Source: Candidatus Uhrbacteria bacterium RIFOXYB2_FULL_45_11 (GTDB taxonomy: Bacteria > Patescibacteriota > Patescibacteriia > UBA9934 > GWF2-40-263). From it: a DNA stretch of 32,364 nucleotides. Numbering within the stretch: the stretch's first letter is position 1; each line of letters starts with the position of its first letter. Positions 25,795-32,364 of this stretch are shown here, one piece after another. The stretch lies in NCBI GenBank assembly GCA_001791715.1, contig MGFD01000030.1, positions 9,246 to 41,609 on the forward strand. The letters run 5' to 3'. The notes beneath the pieces are model-generated. The model saw nothing but the letters and a program-made list of their open reading frames with translations, made no database searches and had not been told where the DNA came from. Position numbers and translations under genes: made by a program.

Positions 25795-27138
25795 ATGGAG
25801 ATACCAAAACACATTTTTCGTGCCTATGATATTCGCGGACTTCTCGCTGAAGTGACGCCTGATATTGCTCGCGTAGTCGGGATGGCGCTTGTTTCAAAAA
25901 CAGGGGCAAAAACCGTGATTGTCGGGCGCGATATGCGTGCAACGAGTCCAGAGCTTGAGCAAGCGGCGATCGAAGGAATTACGTCGATGGGCGCAAACGT
26001 CATCGCAATCGGACTTTGCAGTACATCGATGTTCAATTTTGCGGTTTCAAGCCAAGAACATATTGACGCTGGCATCATGATCACCGCCTCACACAACCCA
26101 CCAGAATTTAATGGAATGAAAATGGCACTCGCAAGCGGATTGCCGATTTCTGGTCTTGAGATTCTTGAAGAGGTGGAGCGTTCCCCCTCTCCTTTCGAAG
26201 GAGAGGGCAGGGGAGAGGTGTCCCATCAAGATATTCTTGGTGCTTACATCGACAAATGTCTCGCTGTCGAGAACTTACCCGATCTCTCTGGAACAAAACT
26301 CGTTATCGACTACGGAAACGGCATGGGAGCAATGTCGGTTCGTGAACTTTGTAAGCGTCTGAAGATCGAAGTGGTCGAACTTTATCCAGAACCAGATGCA
26401 CGTTTTCCAAACCATGAAGCGAATCCGGCAAAAGAAGAAACACTCGCGGATGTGAAAGCGGCTGTTGTTCGAGAAGGCGCAGATTTCGGAATCGCCCTCG
26501 ATGGCGATGCAGATCGTGTAGGGTTTATCGACAATGAAGGAGTTTCGTTGCGCGGTGATCTTACGCTCGCGCTTCTCGCGAAAGAGACGCTCTCGAGAAA
26601 ACCTGGATCAAAAGTTGTTGTCGCACCAAATCAAAGTTGGACCACGTTTGATTCGATCACAGAAAACGGTGGCGTTCCTCTTGAATGTCGTATTGGTCGC
26701 AAATTTGTCGTCGAGGCGGTGCAAAAACAAGGTGCGGTTCTTGGTGGGGAGGTTTCGAGCCATTTCTTCTTTGAAGAATTCCATGGGCTTGAAGCCGTCG
26801 ATCATGCGATCGTTCGCATCTTGTCGATCTGGAAACAATCCGGACAATCATTCGCCGATCTCGTGCGTCCATATCGCGCATATACAAATAGTGGCGAGGT
26901 GAATATTGAAGTGCACAATAAAGAACAGGTTCTGAGCAAGCTCGAACAGTATGCGGGGACAGCATCGAAAGTGAATAAGCTCGATGGAATTCGCTGTGAA
27001 TTTGATCGTGACTGGTGGTTTATTGTGCGACCATCGAATACGGAGCCATTACTTCGATTGATTGTGGAAGCAAAGACGCCGGAACTGATGGTACAGAAAC
27101 GCGACGAATTGGTTGCTTTGATTCAGACGAACGGGTAA
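25795..27138 (+). CDS. manB: Phosphomannomutase/phosphoglucomutase
   Basis: IFRAYDIRG, TASHNP, DGDADR, GGEVSSH and RPSNTEP motifs. Confidence 0.93.
   Translation: MEIPKHIFRAYDIRGLLAEVTPDIARVVGMALVSKTGAKTVIVGRDMRATSPELEQAAIEGITSMGANVIAIGLCSTSMFNFAVSSQEHIDAGIMITASHNPPEFNGMKMALASGLPISGLEILEEVERSPSPFEGEGRGEVSHQDILGAYIDKCLAVENLPDLSGTKLVIDYGNGMGAMSVRELCKRLKIEVVELYPEPDARFPNHEANPAKEETLADVKAAVVREGADFGIALDGDADRVGFIDNEGVSLRGDLTLALLAKETLSRKPGSKVVVAPNQSWTTFDSITENGGVPLECRIGRKFVVEAVQKQGAVLGGEVSSHFFFEEFHGLEAVDHAIVRILSIWKQSGQSFADLVRPYRAYTNSGEVNIEVHNKEQVLSKLEQYAGTASKVNKLDGIRCEFDRDWWFIVRPSNTEPLLRLIVEAKTPELMVQKRDELVALIQTNG
26183..26218 (+). repeat. In-frame palindromic element in PMM, copy 4 of the recG family
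   Basis: CCCCCTCTCCTT-TCG-AAGGAGAGGG-CAGGGGAGAGG, encoding PSPFEGEGRGE. Confidence 0.85.
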
Positions 27139-27162
27139 TCTTTTATTGTTCTTGTTTATATT

Positions 27163-27271
27163 TGTCATCTTGAGCGACCGTTTTATGTCTAGTCGAAAGA
27201 TCTCGCGTTTACGTGAGATCCCTCGGCTGCGCTAAGAGGCTGCTTCGCAGTGCGCTCCGCTCGGGATGACA
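27163..27271. repeat. REP-like composite palindrome, copy 2, with a 28-nt extra segment
   Basis: Shares TGTCAT..ATCTCGCGT..ACG.GAGATCCCTCGGCTGCGCT..CGGGATGACA with 9430-9505. Confidence 0.85.
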
Positions 27272-27279
27272 CAAAATTT

Positions 27280-28482
27280 ATGTCCACAAATACCGATAAA
27301 GATGCAATCAATCACTTGCTTACGCGCGGGGTAGAAAATATCTACCCGTCTTTCGATTATCTTGAGGCGCGCTTGAATGAGGGGAAACAACTCACATTGT
27401 ATCTTGGAATCGATCCAACCGGTCCAGATTTACATTTGGGTCACGCGATTCCACTTCGCAAAATGGCAGAATTCCAAAAACTTGGTCACAAGTTGATTTT
27501 GCTTATTGGGGATTTCACGGCGATGATTGGCGATCCAACAGATAAATCCGCAACGCGTGTGCAGCAAACGCGCGAGCAAGTTCTTGCGAATGCCGCGAAG
27601 TATAAAGAACAAGCGAGCAAAATCATTTCGTTTGAAGGCGAGAATGCGGCTGAACTCAAATACAACAGCGAATGGCTCGCGAAACTCGGATTCACAGATG
27701 TTGTTGAACTCGCGTCGAACTTTACGGTTCAACAAATGCTTGAACGTGATATGTTCGAAAAGCGTATTGCAGAAGGAAAGCCCGTTCATCTTCATGAGTT
27801 CCTCTATCCATTGATGCAAGCGTACGATTCGGTTGCGATGGATGTCGATGGTGAAATTGGTGGAAACGATCAAACATTCAACATGCTTGCGGGTCGCGAT
27901 TTGATGAAATCGTTGAAAGGAAAAGAAAAATTCGTCATCACTTCGAAATTGCTTACGGATCCAACTGGAAAGAAAATGGGAAAGAGTGAAGGGAACATGA
28001 TCACGCTCTCAGACACACCAGACGATGTGTTCGGCAAAGTCATGAGTTGGACCGATGGAATGATTATTCCTGGATTCGAGATTCTGACGGATCTTCCAAA
28101 CGGAGAAATTAAAGAGATGAAAATCGCGATGGGAGACGGTGTGAATCCACGCGACTTCAAGGTGAAGCTCGCGGCAGAAGTAGTTGCGACGTTTTTCGAC
28201 AGAGCAACGGGTGACGCAGCCGTTGATCGATTCAACAAATTATTCCAAGAACACGCCGTACCGGAAGATGTTCCAGAAGTAAAACTCGAAGGTGCGATGA
28301 GTATCGTTGACGCACTCGTTGCAACCAAGCTTGCGCAATCAAAAGGCGACGCGCGTCGATTAATCGACGGCGGGGGAGTAAAGGTGAACGAGGAAGTCGT
28401 GACCTCATATGATTTTGTTGTGGATCCTGCAATGAGTCCGTTGTTGCAAAAGGGAAAAAGACATTTTGCGCGTATTGTGTAA
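27280..28482 (+). CDS. tyrS: Tyrosine--tRNA ligase
   Basis: YLGIDPT..HLGH, YPLMQAYD, GGNDQ, KMGKS and C-terminal S4 domain; start moved to ATG 27280. Confidence 0.97.
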   Translation: MSTNTDKDAINHLLTRGVENIYPSFDYLEARLNEGKQLTLYLGIDPTGPDLHLGHAIPLRKMAEFQKLGHKLILLIGDFTAMIGDPTDKSATRVQQTREQVLANAAKYKEQASKIISFEGENAAELKYNSEWLAKLGFTDVVELASNFTVQQMLERDMFEKRIAEGKPVHLHEFLYPLMQAYDSVAMDVDGEIGGNDQTFNMLAGRDLMKSLKGKEKFVITSKLLTDPTGKKMGKSEGNMITLSDTPDDVFGKVMSWTDGMIIPGFEILTDLPNGEIKEMKIAMGDGVNPRDFKVKLAAEVVATFFDRATGDAAVDRFNKLFQEHAVPEDVPEVKLEGAMSIVDALVATKLAQSKGDARRLIDGGGVKVNEEVVTSYDFVVDPAMSPLLQKGKRHFARIV

Positions 28483-28579
28483 TGTGGATGCGAATGTGTT
28501 ATTTATTTTTCGAGCGAAGTCGAGAGACTGAATGCGTTCATGTTCGAATAGTCTCTCCATAAAGTCGAGAAATAAGTTA

Positions 28580-28607
28580 GAAAAGAACCCGTTACGGGTT
28601 CTTTTTC
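28580..28607 (+). terminator. Intrinsic terminator
   Basis: AAAAGAACCCG-tta-CGGGTTCTTTTT. Confidence 0.8.
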
Positions 28608-28672
28608 GTATAAGAATAATTATCCACAAGACGCTTGTTTCCTTTGTGTTGATAGAAGAAAATGTATCCAAT

Positions 28673-29652
28673 ATGAAAAAACAAACATCCATAAAGACCT
28701 GATTATTTATCAGGCAAAAGATGGGGCGTTGGAATTTAAAGCGGACAGTAAAAAAGAAACGATTTGGTTAACACAGCAACAAGTTGCGCAGCTTTTTGAT
28801 GTTCAAAAGGCCGCAATTTCAAAGCATGTTAAGAACATCTTTGATACAAAAGAACTTTCTTATCAAGCAACTGTTTCCAAAATGGAAACAGTTCAAATTG
28901 AAGGAGAGAGAAAAATTAAACGTTCGGTTGAGTATTACAATCTTGATTTAGTTTTGTCTGTGGGTTATCGCGTAAATTCGATTAAAGCTACGCAATTCCG
29001 CCAATGGGCAACCAAAACGTTGCGTCAGCACATCACAAAGGGGTACACCATTAATCCAAAAGTCATTAAAAATCATTACGCCGAATTTCAGAAAGCGATT
29101 CAGAATATTAAACAGCTTTTGCCGGCAGAAACAAATATTGATCACGCAAGTGTATTAGAGTTGATCTCTGCGTTCGCGGACACATGGATTTCGCTTGAGG
29201 CGTATGACAAAGACACATTTGCCACAAAAGGAACAACAAAAAAATCCATCACCATTACCTCTGACATGCTTTCTCAAGCGCTCGCAGAATTAAGGCGCGT
29301 GCTTATGAAGAAAAAAGAAGCAACCGAGTTGTTTGGATCTGAACGCAAATCAGGAAGTGTTCAGGGAATTGTTGGAAACATCATGCAAACATTTGGCGGC
29401 AAGCAACTCTATCCAACCATTGAAGAGAAAGCCGCGAACCTTTTGTACTTCATGGTCAAAGATCATCCATTCTCTGACGGCAATAAGCGCAGTGGTGCGT
29501 ATGCGTTTGTTTGGTTTTTAAATCAAGCCGGTGTTTTGAATCGCTCAACACTCACCCCACCAGCTCTTACGGCACTTACGCTTTTCATCGCGGAAAGTGA
29601 TCCAAAACACAAAGATAAAATGATTGGTCTTGTTTTGCAGCTTCTGAAATAA
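28673..29652 (+). CDS. RhuM-family N-domain fused to a Fic/Doc domain; the apparent start ATG 28673 is out of frame (in-frame TTG at 28729)
   Basis: YNLDLVLSVGYRVNS..ATQFRQWAT (RhuM) and HPFSDGNKRSG (Fic/Doc). Confidence 0.85.
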
Positions 29653-29711
29653 CCCTTGATGTTTTGATGAAAATAAGGCAAGCTTGCCTCAAATTCACCT
29701 AACGTCCATCT

Positions 29712-30425
29712 ATGTCCACAAAATTGGAACAAATCGAATCCCTTTCGGAACAAAATTCCCTTGAAGCGATCCAAGCGCTTCTTGAGATCTTGCAAGATGA
29801 AACACTCACAGAAGAAGAGCTTGAAGCCGCAGAAGAAGCGTTTGAGACCGTCTCTTTTTTGCACGCGCTTCCACAAAATGAAGAAGAAGAGCGTGATGTC
29901 AAACTTTGTGCGCTCATTGCAAAGCGTCTCGACTATTTGCAAGACCTCGCGTTTGATTTTTACGAAGAGTCTGAAAATTTGGAACGTTGTAAATTAGAAT
30001 CTGAAGTTGCGGCTCGTATGCTGGAGCTTGCAACAGAAGATCAAAAGCAAGATCGCGAAATTGGCGTAAGTGTTGCGCATGACATGCTCGTCATGGCAGA
30101 AGAATCCTGCTCAACGGTTGAAGCTGAACTTGAACGCACAAACGAATGGATCGAATGCGCACACGACATGCTTCTCACACAAAAGTACCGCGCGCTCCCT
30201 GAAGAATGTTTTGAAGTGTTGTTCCCATCGGATGATGAGGATGAAGATGAAGAAGAATTTGATTGCTGCGGCGAGGATGATTGTGGAAGTGAAGAGTGTG
30301 AAGGATGTGACGATTGTACTGGTGGATGTAACGGAGAAGGATGTGAAGGCGGATGTGAGGAAGATATTGTGGAGGATGAAGAAGAGATGGAGGAAGGATG
30401 CTGCGGCGGAGGATGCTGCAAGTAA
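29712..30425 (+). CDS. Highly acidic hypothetical protein with Cys-rich tail
   Basis: 237-aa Glu/Asp-rich ORF ending GCCGGGCCK, followed by a terminator. Confidence 0.78.
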   Translation: MSTKLEQIESLSEQNSLEAIQALLEILQDETLTEEELEAAEEAFETVSFLHALPQNEEEERDVKLCALIAKRLDYLQDLAFDFYEESENLERCKLESEVAARMLELATEDQKQDREIGVSVAHDMLVMAEESCSTVEAELERTNEWIECAHDMLLTQKYRALPEECFEVLFPSDDEDEDEEEFDCCGEDDCGSEECEGCDDCTGGCNGEGCEGGCEEDIVEDEEEMEEGCCGGGCCK

Positions 30426-30427
30426 AT

Positions 30428-30459
30428 AAAAAGCCGAGCCTGTGAGGGCTTGGCTTTTT
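30428..30459 (+). terminator. Terminator / 28-bp direct repeat copy 1 (30432-30459)
   Basis: AAAAAGCCGAGCC-tgtgag-GGCTTGGCTTTTT. Confidence 0.85.
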
Positions 30460-30534
30460 ATATCCACACAAACCTTTCTTTTTTGAGGGCAATAGGGAAA
30501 GATTGGGATAACTATTTTTTTTACACACAACCCT

Positions 30535-31569
30535 ATGGAAAAGAAAGAATTAAACAACGAAATTATTATCTATCAATCCAAGGATGGACTTACAAAAGTC
30601 GATGTTCAAATGGATGGCGATACGATATGGGTTTCTCAAGCACAACTTGCCGAATTGTTTGGTGTGACTTCACAAAACATCACTATTCACTTAAAAAATA
30701 TCTTTTCCGATGGTGAATTAGATGAAAATCGAACTTGTAAAGAATCCTTACAGGTTCAAAAAGAAGGTGATCGTGAAGTGCAGCGAAAGATAAAAATGTA
30801 TAATTTAGATGTAGTGATTTCGGTTGGTTATCGTATTAACTCTAATATTGCCACGAATTTCCGTATTTGGGCTACAACGCGTCTGCGTGAATATATCGTT
30901 AAGGGTTTTACAATGAATGATGATTTTCTCAAAGAGAGTGGTGGTGGCAAATATTGGCATGAATTGCTTGATCGCATTCGTGACATACGTAGTAGTGAGA
31001 AGGTTTTGTATCGTCAGGTGCTTGATCTGTATGCCACCAGTCTTGATTACAATCCAAAAGCATTGGAATCTATAACGTTCTTCAAAATCGTACAAAATAA
31101 ATTGCACTACGCGGCCCATGGCAACACCGCTGCGGAGGTCATTGCCGCACGAGCAAATGCCGGCAAGCCATTTATGGGTTTGTTGAGTTTTTCGGATGGC
31201 GGAGTAAGTAAAAAAGATATTGCTATTGCAAAAAATTATCTTGATGAGAAAGAGTTAAAGATTTTAAATAATATTGTTTCCGCATTTTTTGATTTGGCGG
31301 AAGTGAAGGTATTGGAACGCCATCCCATGTACATGAAAGACTGGATAACCCAACTCGATAAGTTGATCAGCGCTTTTGACAAAAAAGTTCTTACAGAAAC
31401 TGGCTCAATCAGTCATGAACAGGCAAATGAAAAAGCCGTGAGTGAATATCGCAAGTATCAAGCAAAGATATTGTCTCCGGTTGAGGAGGTGTATTTGGAG
31501 AGTTTGAAGGTGTTGGAAAAGGAGGTGGGGAAGAAGATGAAGGGGGATAGAGTGAAAGAAGGAAAATAG
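30535..31569 (+). CDS. Virulence RhuM-family protein
   Basis: YNLDVVISVGYRINS..FRIWAT..LREYIVKGF, IRDIRSSEK and VQNKLHYA motifs. Confidence 0.92.
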   Translation: MEKKELNNEIIIYQSKDGLTKVDVQMDGDTIWVSQAQLAELFGVTSQNITIHLKNIFSDGELDENRTCKESLQVQKEGDREVQRKIKMYNLDVVISVGYRINSNIATNFRIWATTRLREYIVKGFTMNDDFLKESGGGKYWHELLDRIRDIRSSEKVLYRQVLDLYATSLDYNPKALESITFFKIVQNKLHYAAHGNTAAEVIAARANAGKPFMGLLSFSDGGVSKKDIAIAKNYLDEKELKILNNIVSAFFDLAEVKVLERHPMYMKDWITQLDKLISAFDKKVLTETGSISHEQANEKAVSEYRKYQAKILSPVEEVYLESLKVLEKEVGKKMKGDRVKEGK

Positions 31570-31589
31570 GGTTGATTTTGAACTGTGGG

Positions 31590-31618
31590 AGCCGAGCCTG
31601 TGAGGGCTTGGCTTTTTT
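31590..31618 (+). terminator. Terminator / 28-bp direct repeat copy 2 (31590-31617)
   Basis: AGCCGAGCCTGTGAGGGCTTGGCTTTTT, identical to 30432-30459. Confidence 0.85.
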
Positions 31619-31661
31619 GTTTCATGTTCAAATAAACGGGAAGGGAATAAAATAGACGTAT

Positions 31662-32132
31662 ATGAAAATCCCCTCCAAGCTCAAGCTCCCGATTTCAATC
31701 CTTGTCGCCGTCCTTGTGGGTGCACTCGGTTCGCTTTTTACGTCGTCGTCTGTCACAACGTGGTACGCAACCATCAATAAACCCGCGTTCAATCCGCCCT
31801 CCTGGCTCTTTGCTCCCGTCTGGACGATTCTTTACATCCTTATGGGAATTTCATTCTGGCTCATTTGGAAAAGTCGTTCTCCAGAAAAGCATCGCGCGAT
31901 GGGATTATTCGTCATCCAGCTCATCTTAAACGGAATCTGGTCGCCCATCTTTTTCGGTGCGCAAGCGATCGGCGGAGCACTCGCCCTTATCGTGTTGCTC
32001 TGGGCAGCGATTGTTTTGACCATCCTCGTCTTCAAGAAAATCTCCAAACCAGCCGCCTGGCTTTTGGTGCCGTACATTGTGTGGGTGAGTTTCGCAACCG
32101 TGTTGAACTTTGCGATTTGGAGGTTGAATTAG
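31662..32132 (+). CDS. tspO: TspO/MBR tryptophan-rich sensory protein
   Basis: WYATINKPAFNPPSWLFAPVWTILY, WSPIFF and LLVPYIVWVSFA motifs. Confidence 0.95.
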   Translation: MKIPSKLKLPISILVAVLVGALGSLFTSSSVTTWYATINKPAFNPPSWLFAPVWTILYILMGISFWLIWKSRSPEKHRAMGLFVIQLILNGIWSPIFFGAQAIGGALALIVLLWAAIVLTILVFKKISKPAAWLLVPYIVWVSFATVLNFAIWRLN

Positions 32133-32171
32133 GGGTTTGATATAAAAATTTCAATTTTAGATTGATGAGAG

Positions 32172-32363
32172 TTATGTATAGCGAAAATCCGTTTCATTCG
32201 ATGAAACATCTGGATGGAAGTTTGGAAAAAAAAGATGTCGTGAGTCTGGATGCGTCTCTTGATTCTGCAAAAAAGATTGAGAGACTTGGTGGTGGTCAAA
32301 CGGCGAGTGTTTGGAAGATGGAAACAGAGATTGATCATAAGCCATTTTATTTTGCACGAAAAC
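32172..32363 (-). CDS. Possible 3' end of a gene entering from beyond the window
   Basis: Frame open from the window edge to TAA at 32172; no recognisable motif. Confidence 0.3.
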   Translation of the reverse strand, partial: VFVQNKMAYDQSLFPSSKHSPFDHHQVSQSFLQNQETHPDSRHLFFPNFHPDVSSNETDFRYT

Positions 32364-32364
32364 A

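Noticed and set aside
27140..27279. T-box riboswitch before tyrS
   Set aside because: No GGTGGNACCGCG T-box motif; the structure is the dispersed repeat also found at 9430.
28620..28628. DnaA box TTATCCACA (near match at 30460) as a replication origin
   Set aside because: Isolated boxes with no cluster, unwinding element or dnaA context.

Overview
Bacterial chromosomal segment. Gene content, VirB2-like pilin fusions, tRNA-Arg(GCG) and starts mostly lacking Shine-Dalgarno sites suggest Candidate Phyla Radiation/Patescibacteria (inference). It holds about 30 CDS, including uppP, recG, radA, a ClpC-type ATPase, htpX, lemA, PMM/PGM, tyrS, tspO, a YqiJ/flotillin pair, DsbA and two RhuM-family genes, plus three tRNAs: Ser(TGA), Ser(GCT) and Arg(GCG). 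I see no integrase, transposase or CRISPR array. Four layers stand out. (1) Two solo GIY-YIG nuclease genes each sit directly behind a tRNA and read into a second tRNA or pseudo-tRNA; one is bracketed by a 37-bp duplication of the tRNA-Arg 3' half. (2) A 68-bp structured direct repeat with tRNA-Ser-like ends brackets an orphan cargo gene. (3) Many palindromic mini-element families are present, including one inserted in-frame three times in recG and once in PMM, and micro-repeat hairpins that abut start codons. (4) Two paralogous pilin fusions carry different peptidoglycan-hydrolase-like C-termini next to DsbA. All family assignments come from motif recognition by eye; no searches were run.
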